This document shows, one piece after another, positions 26,006 to 36,237 of a stretch of DNA of 64,000 bases. Under the pieces are notes generated by a model that saw nothing but the letters and a program-made list of their open reading frames with translations, did not search any database and was not told where the DNA came from. The stretch spans positions 94,855-158,854 of the forward strand of contig JBIKLZ010000001.1 in NCBI GenBank assembly GCA_044359535.1. Direction: 5' to 3'. This DNA is from Chlamydiia bacterium. GTDB taxonomy: Bacteria; Chlamydiota; Chlamydiia; Chlamydiales; 2-12-FULL-49-11. How positions within the stretch are numbered: position 1 is the first letter of the stretch; the number at the start of each line of letters is the position of its first letter. A program made the position numbers and the translations under genes.

Positions 26006-26233
26006 ATGAGTCGGATATTAGAGGGTCTTTTTGGAAATAATGAATTAGAAAAAAAGGAGGTGGTCTCTTTTTTAAAACGAAGTAGAAAAGAAAGAACAGT
26101 CTGTTATGTTCTGATCACCTGTAGTCAGCCAAAAGAAGATGGATCCATGGATGTTGAAATGAAATATGAGGGTGACAAATATTTAGCATCTTATATGATA
26201 GAAACGGCTGCAAAAATAATAGAGGGGGAGTAA
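26006..26233 (+). CDS. Small hypothetical protein
   Basis: ORF abutting the M20 peptidase; CYVLITC..P..DGSM.VEM.YEGD..LA; RBS-like GGGTGG before ATG 26006. Confidence 0.6.
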   Translation: MSRILEGLFGNNELEKKEVVSFLKRSRKERTVCYVLITCSQPKEDGSMDVEMKYEGDKYLASYMIETAAKIIEGE

Positions 26234-27604
26234 ATGTCCTATAAGAATTGGTTTAAAGACCATGAAGAAAGAATTTTTAAAGAGTTTATGGAGTATCTTT
26301 CTATTCCAACGATATCAGCCGATCCAAAGCATAAAGGGGATCTTTTAAAGGGAGCCACTTTTATTCAAAAGAAATTACAAAACCTTGGGTTAGAGGTTAC
26401 TTTTTGGGAGTTAGAAGGGGAAAAAGTGGTTTTTGGAGAAAAAATGATTGATCCACAGTTTCCCACAATTCTTATTTATGGCCATTATGATGTTCAGCCC
26501 CCAGATCCATTAGATGAGTGGCTTTCTCCACCTTTTTCTCCTCAAGAAAGAGAGGGAAGGATTTATGCTCGGGGTGCTGAAGATAACAAAGGGCAACATT
26601 TTTATACCCTCTGTGCTTTAGAAGCGTTTTATGAAAAAAATAAACACCCTAAAATCAATGTGAAGGTGCTGATTGAAGGGGAAGAGGAAGTGGGGAGCAA
26701 AAGTTTTGAAGCGATTGCAAAAAAATATCAAGATCGACTCAAAGCAGATTCCGTATGGATTGTGGATATGGATATTAAATCCTATGCAACCCCTGTTCTT
26801 TGCTTAGGGTGTAGAGGGATAGCCTCATTGGAAGTAGAAGTTTCAAATGCATCCTTTGATGTTCATTCTGGGGCCTATGGGGGTGCTTTATACAATCCTA
26901 TTCAAGCGCTCAGTGAAATGATTGCCTCAGTCTACGATGAAAAAGGACATATTGCCATTGCTGGATTTTATGACGGTATACATTCTTTGACAGATGGGGA
27001 AAAAAAACAACTTCATTTAGATACTCCAAAAAAAATCTTTGAGAAGGATACAGGAGGGCACTGTTTTAGAAAAGAAGAGGGCTACTGTTTACAAGAAAGC
27101 ATCTCTATAAGACCTACCTTTGAAGTGAATGGAATTTTTGGAGGCTATCAAGGGGAGGGATCAAAAACCATTATTCCAAAAAAGGCAACAGCAAAAATCA
27201 CATGTAGACTTGTTGCTGGCCAAGATCCAGAAAAAATTGCACAAAAAGTGGCCAATCATTTTTTAAAAGTGGCTCCAAAGGGGATGAAAGTCTCTTTTGT
27301 TTTTGGGGGCGGAGGAAAAAGTTACTGGGGCTCTTTACACGATTACACAGCTGGTGTCTTTGCAAAAATTATTGAAGAGATCACCCAAAAAGAATGCAAA
27401 TTTGGCTATAATGGAGGGTCTATCCCCCTTGCTTCTACCTTACAAGAGGCTTCTGAAGGGGAGTGTATTTTTCTTGGAATGGGGCTTTCAGAGGACCGAA
27501 TTCATTCACCCAATGAGAGTTTTGGAAAAAAGCAATTTGAGGATGGCTTTATAATGATTGCAAAAGGGCTCGAAGTGTTTGCACAAAACAAACATCAATG
27601 GTAA
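26234..27604 (+). CDS. M20 family dipeptidase (ArgE/DapE-like)
   Basis: YGHYDVQP, ARGAEDNKGQ, EGEEEVGS, DVHSG, GGSIP, HSPNE. Confidence 0.92.
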   Translation: MSYKNWFKDHEERIFKEFMEYLSIPTISADPKHKGDLLKGATFIQKKLQNLGLEVTFWELEGEKVVFGEKMIDPQFPTILIYGHYDVQPPDPLDEWLSPPFSPQEREGRIYARGAEDNKGQHFYTLCALEAFYEKNKHPKINVKVLIEGEEEVGSKSFEAIAKKYQDRLKADSVWIVDMDIKSYATPVLCLGCRGIASLEVEVSNASFDVHSGAYGGALYNPIQALSEMIASVYDEKGHIAIAGFYDGIHSLTDGEKKQLHLDTPKKIFEKDTGGHCFRKEEGYCLQESISIRPTFEVNGIFGGYQGEGSKTIIPKKATAKITCRLVAGQDPEKIAQKVANHFLKVAPKGMKVSFVFGGGGKSYWGSLHDYTAGVFAKIIEEITQKECKFGYNGGSIPLASTLQEASEGECIFLGMGLSEDRIHSPNESFGKKQFEDGFIMIAKGLEVFAQNKHQW

Positions 27605-27644
27605 CGTAAAGAAAGCTTCCAATTTTATGATTTAGGATCTATAC

Positions 27645-28718
27645 ATGATTGAAAAAATAATCAGACACGTTTTTGCCCCTATAAAAGCACGCTATCGATT
27701 GCTTTTACTTTTTCCCCTTTTGAATGTACTTTTTTTATCCATTGTCCTTTTATTTTTAAAAGCTCCAAAAGAGGCTATCCTCCTTTCGATGGGAACGATC
27801 TCTTTTGTGGTCTTTTTAATTGCGACAAAAAAATTTGCCTCTTTATTTTATTACTCCTCTTTACTTTTTAATATCCTTATTTTCATCATGACCTTTTCAA
27901 ATGAATCGATCTGGACTAAAGGGTGGAGCTTATCTATGATCCTTTCGTTAATTTTAGGATATCACCTTTCTTTAGAGGTGATGGATTTTTATCACAACGA
28001 TGAAAAGGCAAGCTTAGAAGATCAAAAGGAAAGGGCTTTATGGAAACAGCGATTTGAAACTTTAAGAGACTCCCATAACCTTGAAGCATTGGGGGTTGAA
28101 GAACAACTTGAAACAGCTAAAGAGAGTCTAAAAGAAAAAAATGGGCAAATTCGTGCTTTAGAAAGGCTTATTGAGGTCACTCATAAGGAAGCTGCAATAT
28201 TATCAAAACAAAAACATGAACTTCTCGATAAACTCAAGTGTGATCAAGACAGACGTTGTGATGAAGAGGTAAAAAGGGAAAATCTTTCTTTAGTAAAAAA
28301 ATTGGATGCACTAAAGCTCCTTGAGAGAGAATTTCAGGCCCTTCAAGGGGAAAAAAGTCTTTATCTTGACAAAATTAGCCTTTTACAAGAGACAAATAGA
28401 CTCTTAGAGCAACAAGACCAAACCAAAAAAATTGAGCAACTTCAAGAAGAAATTCAACGATTGCAAGATGAAAAAGGGAAAGAAGGGACTTTAGGAATGT
28501 ACTCTAAAGGACAAATTTATCAAACTTTAGAAGAACTTAACTTTTTTAAAAACCAACACGAGGACCTTCAAAAAGTGCTATGTGAATTAAAAGAAAAATT
28601 AGAAGAACCTTCTAAGCTATTTAAATGGCAGGTATGGAAAGGGGAGAAAAAGGAGAAGAAGGTCGATACAAAGAAAACTATTTCTATGCTAGACCTTGGA
28701 AAGGGATTGAAAATATAG
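27645..28718 (+). CDS. Membrane protein with long C-terminal coiled coil
   Basis: Four N-terminal hydrophobic segments, then an E/K/L/Q heptad-rich region; directly upstream of map. Confidence 0.7.
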   Translation: MIEKIIRHVFAPIKARYRLLLLFPLLNVLFLSIVLLFLKAPKEAILLSMGTISFVVFLIATKKFASLFYYSSLLFNILIFIMTFSNESIWTKGWSLSMILSLILGYHLSLEVMDFYHNDEKASLEDQKERALWKQRFETLRDSHNLEALGVEEQLETAKESLKEKNGQIRALERLIEVTHKEAAILSKQKHELLDKLKCDQDRRCDEEVKRENLSLVKKLDALKLLEREFQALQGEKSLYLDKISLLQETNRLLEQQDQTKKIEQLQEEIQRLQDEKGKEGTLGMYSKGQIYQTLEELNFFKNQHEDLQKVLCELKEKLEEPSKLFKWQVWKGEKKEKKVDTKKTISMLDLGKGLKI

Positions 28719-28743
28719 ACCCATTCTTTTATACTTTTTATCT

Positions 28744-29616
28744 ATGATTTCAAGAAATGATCCATGTTGGTGCGGAAGTGAGAAGAAATGGAAAAAATGC
28801 CATTATCCAGAAATTTCAGCACAGCTTTCTTTAGAAGAAAAAAGGGCTCGTTATAAAAAAACCTATAATATCCTATTGAAAACCCCCCAAGAAATTGATG
28901 GAATAAGGAAAAGTTGTAGGCTCTCTGCTTCAATTCTAAGGGAGCTTTGTAAGGCTGCAAAGGTTGGGGTCACAACAAAAGAGCTCAATTCCCTTGCTAT
29001 TAAACTCAATAAGGAAGCTGGAGCCATTCCTGCAACTCTTGGGTATGGAAGCCCCCCTTTTCCTGCAGCCATTTGCACTTCTCTTAATGATGTCATCTGT
29101 CATGGAATTCCAAATGATCGACCCCTCCAAGAGGGAGATATTCTAAACATTGATACCACTTCAATTTTACATGGCTACTACGGAGATTGTAGCGCTATGG
29201 TTACAATCGGTGAGGTAAGTAAAGAAAAGCAACATGTTGTCGATGTTGCAAAAAAATGTTTGATGGAATCCATAGCTCTTGTAAAGCCTCATCTTGAAAT
29301 CTACAAAATTGGAGAGTGCATCTCTGATATTGCCGAAGCACATGGGTGCTCAGTTGTTTATCAATTTGTCGCACATGGTGTTGGATTAAAATTTCATGAA
29401 GAACCTCAAATTTGCCATCATCGAAATACTAACAAGACCCCACTAGAAGAGGGGATGACTTTTACTATTGAGCCAATGATCAATGCAGGGTTGCCCCATG
29501 GAGAAATTGATAAAGAGGACAAGTGGACAGCAAAAACAGTGGATGGAAGAGCTTCAGCTCAATGGGAGCATACAATCCTTGTGACCTCTGATGGGTTTGA
29601 AATTCTTACTTTGTAG
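28744..29616 (+). CDS. map: Methionine aminopeptidase with N-terminal SEC-C motif
   Basis: RNDPCWCGS.KKWKKCH; CTSLNDVICHGIP, GYYGD, HGVG..FHEEP, FTIEPMIN, SAQWEHT. Confidence 0.96.
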   Translation: MISRNDPCWCGSEKKWKKCHYPEISAQLSLEEKRARYKKTYNILLKTPQEIDGIRKSCRLSASILRELCKAAKVGVTTKELNSLAIKLNKEAGAIPATLGYGSPPFPAAICTSLNDVICHGIPNDRPLQEGDILNIDTTSILHGYYGDCSAMVTIGEVSKEKQHVVDVAKKCLMESIALVKPHLEIYKIGECISDIAEAHGCSVVYQFVAHGVGLKFHEEPQICHHRNTNKTPLEEGMTFTIEPMINAGLPHGEIDKEDKWTAKTVDGRASAQWEHTILVTSDGFEILTL

Positions 29617-29645
29617 AGCATTTTAACACTCAAATAGAGTTTGAA

Positions 29646-30245
29646 TCAGTAGGCACAGTGCCACCCTTTAAGAACCATTTCTATGGCAATCATTAAAAGG
29701 ATAAGGCCCATTAAACGTTCTAAGGCTTGTAAACTGCGTTTATCAATCCATTGAGAAAGTTTTCCAGCAAGTAATAAGATGATAGTGGTTGCTGCCCATG
29801 CAATGATAATTGCTGAAATAAGGATCACTTCTTGAACCATTTGACGGGAATAAATCATCACAGCAGCAAGAACGGCAGGCCCTGCGACAAGAGGGACAGC
29901 AAGTGGAAAAATAAAAGGTTCCCCTTGGACTCCGTAAGAATTGTCTGCTTCTTTTTTTGGAAAAATCATATTTAGTCCCACAATAAATAGGACAATTCCC
30001 CCTGAAATTTGCATCGATTTTGCTGAAATTCCAAGAAAATTAAAAAAACTATCTCCAAAAAAGGCAAAAAAGATAATGAGGGTTAATGATACAACCATCT
30101 CACGAAAAATAATGACAAGTTTTCTTTTTTTTTCAATATCTTTTAAAATCGAAAGATAGATGGGGATGTTACCAAAAGCATCCATAAGGAGAAAGAGGGT
30201 AAAAGCAATAGAAAAAATAGAATTGAGCATAGATCTATTATGCAC
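29646..30245 (-). CDS. MarC family membrane protein
   Basis: LFLLMDAFGNIP, ISGGIVLF, PLAVPLVAGPA, ERLMGLIL. Confidence 0.92.
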   Translation of the reverse strand: MHNRSMLNSIFSIAFTLFLLMDAFGNIPIYLSILKDIEKKRKLVIIFREMVVSLTLIIFFAFFGDSFFNFLGISAKSMQISGGIVLFIVGLNMIFPKKEADNSYGVQGEPFIFPLAVPLVAGPAVLAAVMIYSRQMVQEVILISAIIIAWAATTIILLLAGKLSQWIDKRSLQALERLMGLILLMIAIEMVLKGWHCAY

Positions 30246-30246
30246 A

Positions 30247-31170
30247 TTAGAGTTTATTTGAATAGTAGTTTAAATCAGAAATAAATCTAGAAATCTGTCC
30301 TAAGAGTTCATCAGAGAGATCAGAGATCACAATTAAGGTCTCTTCATTTTTAGTAAAACCTGCTTTAGACCAGTTGACAGACCCAAAGATATAGGTGTTG
30401 TCGATTAAAGCCGACTTATGATGGCAAAGGCCGGGCTTAATTCGATAGGCAATCTTAATCCCCCCCCTTTTAAGGGTATGTACCATTTCTTTACATGAAC
30501 CATGGATCATGGATCGATCTAAATAAAGCTCAATGTGCACCCCTCGATGGTGTGCATTAAGGAGCTCTTCTATGATCTTGGGGTGAGAAAGGGCATACAT
30601 CATCAGTGTGATCCTTTTTTTTGCCCCTTGAATTTCTTGTAAAAGTCTTTTTAAAGCTTTTTGTTTATCTTTTGGGAGGACAAAATAAGAAAAACTCTCT
30701 TTTTCATAGGATTGATTATTTAAAACCGCTTGAATGAAATCGGGGTTGCTAAAACCAAAAAGTTGATTTCCTTGAAAGGAAAGGGAGGGCTTTGAACAGT
30801 TGGCTGTCCCAATATAGATTTCTTGTTCATCTATAATAAGAATTTTTTTGTGGGCAAGTCCAGAAATTTTTGGTCGCTTTGCCCTTTCCTTTTTTGAATT
30901 ATGAAGGGTGATTTTTACCCCTTCCCCCTTTTTTTTTCTTAAAATAGCTAAAATATCTCTATCAGTAAGGCCAAAGGAAGATAAAAAAAGGCTTTTTTTT
31001 GCCTTTTTTAGTAAAGAGCAGAAAATATATTTTAAATCATCATTAGACTCTTCAAAATAAGCAACTATTGGCCTTTTTTCGCTTAAAGTATGAAAGGTGA
31101 GTGAAAAGTAAATATATGAAAAAACTAACCCCGCCCATAAAAGAAGGAGGGGTATAAAAAATTTCTTTAT
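30247..31170 (-). CDS. Phospholipase D family protein with two HKD motifs; apparent ATA start
   Basis: Frame is open from 31188 to 30247: (I)KKFFIPLLLLWAGLVF...GLAHKKILIID...IGTAN...GLCHHKSALID..IFGSVNW. No ATG/GTG/TTG in frame before 30603, so the track ORF is only the C-terminal half. Confidence 0.8.
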   Translation of the reverse strand: MKKFFIPLLLLWAGLVFSYIYFSLTFHTLSEKRPIVAYFEESNDDLKYIFCSLLKKAKKSLFLSSFGLTDRDILAILRKKKGEGVKITLHNSKKERAKRPKISGLAHKKILIIDEQEIYIGTANCSKPSLSFQGNQLFGFSNPDFIQAVLNNQSYEKESFSYFVLPKDKQKALKRLLQEIQGAKKRITLMMYALSHPKIIEELLNAHHRGVHIELYLDRSMIHGSCKEMVHTLKRGGIKIAYRIKPGLCHHKSALIDNTYIFGSVNWSKAGFTKNEETLIVISDLSDELLGQISRFISDLNYYSNKL

Positions 31171-31188
31171 AAAGAAAAGAACGTACCC

Positions 31189-31473
31189 TTAGACAGAAGC
31201 CTTCTGGCTGTCTCTTTTTTTCATTCTTCGAAGCACTTTATCAATACCCACTTTGTCAATAATTCTAAAAGCATGAGCGGTGAGTTTTAAAGTGATAAAT
31301 CGACTTTCTTCTGGGGACCAAAACCTTTGTTTAAAAAGATTAATTCTGTGTTGTCTTTTTGATGAACCTGTGATGTTTAAACCAATTCCACCTTTATACT
31401 TGGCAATACCGCGAGTGTTGTACATCTTTCCTTTGCCAAATCTTTTTTTTGTTACTTCGCACATTCTTGACAT
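31189..31473 (-). CDS. rpmB: 50S ribosomal protein L28
   Basis: MSRMCEVT...RGIAKYKGGIGLNITG.SKR...INL...RFW. Confidence 0.93.
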   Translation of the reverse strand: MSRMCEVTKKRFGKGKMYNTRGIAKYKGGIGLNITGSSKRQHRINLFKQRFWSPEESRFITLKLTAHAFRIIDKVGIDKVLRRMKKRDSQKASV

Positions 31474-31567
31474 GAGTATTCTCCATAAAAATTTGAAGCA
31501 AAGGATACCATTTTTTGTTCAAAAAAACAAGCTTTTTATTTTAAGAAGTATGTACTATCATCCAGTT

Positions 31568-33151
31568 ATGGAAATAGCAGACACAAAAAGATCGATTGCA
31601 AAAGGGGCTTTATATTTTTTAACAGGGACCTTTATGAGTCGAATCACTGGGATGGCTCGTGATTTATCGATGGCCTTTTGTTTTGGGGCATCGCCAGCTG
31701 TTTCTACTTTTTTAATTGCCTTTCGCCTTTCTAATCTCCTTAGAAGGCTTTTTGGGGAAGGGGCTTTAATGAATGGATTTGTCCCATTTTTTGAGGAGAA
31801 AAGGAAAGTAGACCCCCATTGTGGTGTCATTTTCTTTAGAGATCTTTTTTGGTCAATAGCGTTACTTTTGACTGCAATCATTCTTTTAATTGAAGCGGTT
31901 GTTTGTCCTCTTTATTATTTAGGGACGTTTTCCCCTCAAGTATCTGAAATCCTCCTTTTAACAATGATTCAGCTCCCTGGACTGTTTTTTATCTGTTTGT
32001 TTGGAGTTGTTATCGCCCTTCTTCAATGTGAACGTATTTTTTTTATTCCGGGGGTGGTCCCTGTGGCATTTAATACTCTTTGGATTGTCGCTCTTTGGGG
32101 CCTTAAAAAATGGGACCCCCTTTTTGCTATGAGGGGATTATCTGTAGTGATTGTAGCTGCTTTTGCCTTACAATTTTTATTTACCCTTATTCCTTTAAAA
32201 AAGATCATTTTTTCGAAAATGAATTTCAAACAGTGGTGTTCTCCCACCCTTTTTAGCAGAGAATTGGCGTTGATGGTAGTCCCAGTTATTTTCGGAGTGA
32301 TTGGGGTAGCGGCCACTCAAATCAATAGCGCTTTAGATCTTTTAATGGCAAGGTGGGTATCATTATCAGGCCCTTCCTTTCTTAATTATGCCCAAAGGGT
32401 CTATCAACTTCCGATAGGGGTTTTTGCAATTGCCATTTCATCAGCTTTATTGCCCCCTTTATCAAGAGCTATTAAAAATGGTAACATAGATCAATACCGT
32501 TTGCTGATTGCATATGGGATTGAAAAGAGCTATACCCTTTTAGTTCCGGGAACAATAGCCATAGGGGTTTTAGGTCTTTGTTCTATTAATCTTTTATTTG
32601 GAAGGGGAGAGTTTAATCAAAGTGCTGTTTGTGAGACAACCTTATCCCTTTGGGGTTATGCAATGGGTCTTGTCCCTTCTGCCTTTATCCTTTTAATGGC
32701 CCCAGCTTTTTGTGCTCGGGGGGATTATAAAACCCCCATGATCGGTTCTTTAATCTCTGTTATAGTCAATGTAGTGATAAACGCTATCCTCATTGCCTTT
32801 TTCAACTTAGGTCCCTCATCGATTGCCTTTTCTACAACAATTACTGCCTATATCAATGTCATTTTTCTTAGTAAAAAGCTAAAAATAGAAAGAGTGCTAG
32901 GGATAAATTTTATAAAAATTGTTGTTTCAGCTCTCTGTGGTGGGGTAATCACTGCCTATATTGGAAACACTTTATTTAATGATCCAACCCTTGCCCTTTT
33001 GATGGGGGAAAAAGACATTTTCTTAACACGGGATTTTACCGCTCAGTTGATCCACTTTGGTTCCCTTGCATCTATTTTTGGAATTTTAACCCTTCTGTTT
33101 GCCCATTGTTTTAAGGCAACCTCTTTTTTGGAACTGTTTAAAAAAGGTTAA
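31568..33151 (+). CDS. murJ: Lipid II flippase MurJ (MviN)
   Basis: SRITGMARD, AFRLSNLLRRLFGEGAL..GFVP, YAQRVYQLPIGVF, LFGRGEF, DYKTPM. Start inferred at MEIADT (or 31550). Confidence 0.93.
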   Translation: MEIADTKRSIAKGALYFLTGTFMSRITGMARDLSMAFCFGASPAVSTFLIAFRLSNLLRRLFGEGALMNGFVPFFEEKRKVDPHCGVIFFRDLFWSIALLLTAIILLIEAVVCPLYYLGTFSPQVSEILLLTMIQLPGLFFICLFGVVIALLQCERIFFIPGVVPVAFNTLWIVALWGLKKWDPLFAMRGLSVVIVAAFALQFLFTLIPLKKIIFSKMNFKQWCSPTLFSRELALMVVPVIFGVIGVAATQINSALDLLMARWVSLSGPSFLNYAQRVYQLPIGVFAIAISSALLPPLSRAIKNGNIDQYRLLIAYGIEKSYTLLVPGTIAIGVLGLCSINLLFGRGEFNQSAVCETTLSLWGYAMGLVPSAFILLMAPAFCARGDYKTPMIGSLISVIVNVVINAILIAFFNLGPSSIAFSTTITAYINVIFLSKKLKIERVLGINFIKIVVSALCGGVITAYIGNTLFNDPTLALLMGEKDIFLTRDFTAQLIHFGSLASIFGILTLLFAHCFKATSFLELFKKG

Positions 33152-33609
33152 GCAAAAGGGGAGCTAGGGAGAATTTCTTTAAAATGGGATTTTAATGAGG
33201 AGGGGACAATCTCATCGACCCCTTTTTTATCGTACATGATAAAATACATGCAGGAGAACATGATCCCAAGGGCCGGGGAGATGATAGCTATAGTAAGAGC
33301 AATAGAGCAGACTAACGCTCGTTTTACAGCAAGAAAGCTTTTTTTAAGAGAGTGTGTAAGAAATGGAATTTTGAAGGCCGAAAGGATGGATAACAAAAGT
33401 TTAACAGAGAGTAAAAGGAGGGAAAAAGCTCCCCAACAAAGATCTGCACATAAAAGGCATAGAAAAAATATCCGTGCAAAAAAAGCAGATAGAAATTTAT
33501 CCTTTTTTGAGCTTGGATCTTGAATATAATTTTCTGAATTTTTTGATGTTGGATTAGATCCATCCACATCATTTCCCTCTGCATAATCAAAAATATTATA
33601 TATTGTCAT
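33148..33609 (-). CDS. Hypothetical membrane protein
   Basis: 153-aa ORF coupled to the sthA end; hydrophobic segments. Confidence 0.65.
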   Translation of the reverse strand: MTIYNIFDYAEGNDVDGSNPTSKNSENYIQDPSSKKDKFLSAFFARIFFLCLLCADLCWGAFSLLLLSVKLLLSILSAFKIPFLTHSLKKSFLAVKRALVCSIALTIAIISPALGIMFSCMYFIMYDKKGVDEIVPSSLKSHFKEILPSSPFA

Positions 33610-35027
33610 ACTCTTTTTCCCTTCTGTAATTCTTTTTCCTTAACAAGCACTTTGTTGATCCCGTTGCGTGCAGCAATTGCATACATCTCCGCATATGTCG
33701 GAAAATTGAAAACATGATCTACAAAATAATGGATTTTGGCATTTAATGAAATCGCAAGTTGTGCGATATGGATAATTTCTACAGCTCCTGTCCCAATAAT
33801 ATGGGCTCCAAGGAGGGTAAAATTTTTTCTGTGAAAGAGCAATTTGCACACACCTGTCTGTGTACCGCTAATAATAGAGCGAGATATTTCGTAATAATAG
33901 GCTCGACCTACTTCATAAGGAATATTTTTTTCTTTTAAAGTCTCTTCTGTTTCTCCTATATAGGAAATTTCTGGAAGGGTATAAATTCCATAAGGATATA
34001 AAGGCATCTGTTTGCAGACATTGTTTGAAAAGGCACAATCGGCAGCATAGGATCCTTGAATGTAGCTTGTTGACGATAGACAAGGGCCTCCAATCACATC
34101 GCCCACTGCATAGATATTTGGAACTTTTGTTTGAAAATTTTTTGAAACCTCTACATACCCTTTATCTGTCAGTGTTAACCCTGCGTTTTCAAGCTTTAAA
34201 TGAGAAATATGAGCTTTTCTTCCTGCAGCAACAAGGACTTTTTCTGCAGAAATTGTCGTTCCATCAGAAAAAGTGACCTCAACAAGATCCTTTTCAACGG
34301 TAATGTGTGTGTAGTCTTTTTCACGAATGAATTTCAATTGATGCTCTTCTAAAGAGATCTGAAGGTGGGATCCAATCTCTTGATCTAAAAAAGATAGAAT
34401 CCGTTTGTTTTTATCAATGAGGGTCACTTCAACCCCTAAAACAGACATCATACTTGCATATTCACAACCAATTACCCCTGCTCCAATAACAATTAAAGAT
34501 TTTGGGATGGCTTTCATCGAAAGAAAATCGGTGGAGGTAAGAATTTTATCCCCGTCAAAAGGGATATTTTTTGGCTTTCTTGGGATAGAACCAGTAGCAA
34601 TAAAGATCTTTTCACCTCTTATAGACCTTGTTTTGCCCCCCTTTTCTTCAATTTCTACCACATGGGGATTGATAAAGGAGGCTCGACCTAAAAATAGATC
34701 GATACCGTTTTTTGTCAGTTGCTTTAAAAGGGTTTGTTGTATTTTCTCTTTGACCCAATCAATGCGCTTACAAAGATCAGACATCGATATTTTTTGTTTG
34801 GCACAAAGGGAGTTTGTATGTGAATAAAAATGCCTTTGTTGGTAATTTGTCAATTCAACAATCGCCTCTCTTAGTGTTTTAGAGGGAATTGTCCCACTGT
34901 GCAAAGAGGATCCTCCAAAATCCCATTCTTCAATGAGAGCCACTTTTTTACCCATTTTTTTAGAAGCCATAGCTGCCTTTTGTCCAGAGGGTCCTGAGCC
35001 AATAATAATTGCGTCATACTCTTCCAT
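33606..35027 (-). CDS. sthA: Soluble (Si-specific) NAD(P)+ transhydrogenase
   Basis: IIGSGPSG, GGSSLHSGTIPSKTLRE (no redox CxxxxC), GAGVIGCEYAS, GIYTLPEIS, FNFPTYAEMY (no His-Pro-Thr). Start at MEEYD. Confidence 0.88.
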   Translation of the reverse strand: MEEYDAIIIGSGPSGQKAAMASKKMGKKVALIEEWDFGGSSLHSGTIPSKTLREAIVELTNYQQRHFYSHTNSLCAKQKISMSDLCKRIDWVKEKIQQTLLKQLTKNGIDLFLGRASFINPHVVEIEEKGGKTRSIRGEKIFIATGSIPRKPKNIPFDGDKILTSTDFLSMKAIPKSLIVIGAGVIGCEYASMMSVLGVEVTLIDKNKRILSFLDQEIGSHLQISLEEHQLKFIREKDYTHITVEKDLVEVTFSDGTTISAEKVLVAAGRKAHISHLKLENAGLTLTDKGYVEVSKNFQTKVPNIYAVGDVIGGPCLSSTSYIQGSYAADCAFSNNVCKQMPLYPYGIYTLPEISYIGETEETLKEKNIPYEVGRAYYYEISRSIISGTQTGVCKLLFHRKNFTLLGAHIIGTGAVEIIHIAQLAISLNAKIHYFVDHVFNFPTYAEMYAIAARNGINKVLVKEKELQKGKRV

Positions 35028-35064
35028 AAATAGGGCGAAACCATTTAAGTGTAAAAATTTTTTT

Positions 35065-36219
35065 TTACACTTTTTCCGATCTTTTATCAATAGACTTTTT
35101 TTGAAAAAAAGAAAACAAGAGGAGGGCAATGCCTAAAATAGCTGTGTAGATGTAAAAGCCACTTGCTCCGATAAGTTTTAAAAAAAGAAGGGCAATGGCC
35201 GGTCCAAAAATACTTCCCAGTCCGTAATTGACAATCCCAGCAGCAGCAACCGATGTGATATCTCTTTCAGATAAAAAGTCGCAGCAATAGGTAATACATA
35301 CAGGGTATAGGGTAAAAATCATTCCACCAAATAAAAATTGAACAAGAAGTTGTAGAATAAAAGAGCTTTTTAAAACAAAAATGGCTAGAAGGGAGTAGGC
35401 GATGATCATAAAGCAAATAAGCCTTATGACGTAAGTTCTTTTAATAGTATCGGAAAGTTTACCCATAGGCCATTGCATAAGCATTCCCCCAAAAATGGTG
35501 ATTGCCATATAGGATGAGATTTCAATCATTGTAAAATTAGACGCTTTTGCACACAGCGGGCCTATAGTATAAAAAGCCCCTAAAATTAATCCCGATGTTA
35601 AATTTCCTAAAAATCCAAGGGGGGTTTTTGTGTAGAGTTTAAACACACTTAAGTATCTGGATTCCTCAAGTAAAGGGGAGGCATTTTTGATAAAGCAGAT
35701 GGGGATAATAGAAACAGTGGTGAAAATAAGGATGAGGCTAAAGGGGTGGTGACTTTGCAAAGTGACAGCAGAAATCCCAAATTGACCTAAAGAGTTCGCA
35801 ATATAAAGGCCAATCATGTAAAAGGCTAAGGCAATTCCTCTAGAAGTTGGAAAAAGAAGGAGTAACCAACTTTCAATCGATATAAATACCCCTGCAACCA
35901 TCATTCCTGAAAGTAGACGAAAAGCAATCCATATAAGGTGCGGAGAGGTAAAACTTTGGAGAGAAATAATTGCTGAAATAGTTGCAGCACACAAAATAAA
36001 GGTACGGCCATGAGTTAACTTTTGAATCACTTTTTCAAAAAAAAGTCCTCCAATAAGCATCCCTGCATAGTAAGAGGAGTAAATAAGGGCAGCGATAAAA
36101 CCGTGGAATTGTTGTAGAGAAAGGCGAAGTGAAACAAAGGTTTCAAAAAAACTTACCCCTATCATAATGAGGGTGAGGGAAAATACGGGGAGGAGGGATG
36201 TTTTAAACTCTTTGGACAT
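35065..36219 (-). CDS. MFS transporter (YcaD-like)
   Basis: SSYYAG, IESWL, QWPMGKLSD, FTLYP; about 12 TM. Confidence 0.85.
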   Translation of the reverse strand: MSKEFKTSLLPVFSLTLIMIGVSFFETFVSLRLSLQQFHGFIAALIYSSYYAGMLIGGLFFEKVIQKLTHGRTFILCAATISAIISLQSFTSPHLIWIAFRLLSGMMVAGVFISIESWLLLLFPTSRGIALAFYMIGLYIANSLGQFGISAVTLQSHHPFSLILIFTTVSIIPICFIKNASPLLEESRYLSVFKLYTKTPLGFLGNLTSGLILGAFYTIGPLCAKASNFTMIEISSYMAITIFGGMLMQWPMGKLSDTIKRTYVIRLICFMIIAYSLLAIFVLKSSFILQLLVQFLFGGMIFTLYPVCITYCCDFLSERDITSVAAAGIVNYGLGSIFGPAIALLFLKLIGASGFYIYTAILGIALLLFSFFQKKSIDKRSEKV

Positions 36220-36237
36220 AAGTCCCCTGATTGTACA

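Noticed and set aside
28744-28803. SEC-C motif fused to methionine aminopeptidase
   Set aside because: Known arrangement in chlamydial and some other bacterial Map proteins.
31280-31567. N-terminal extension of the murJ ORF
   Set aside because: Overlaps rpmB on the opposite strand; MurJ similarity starts near 31568.
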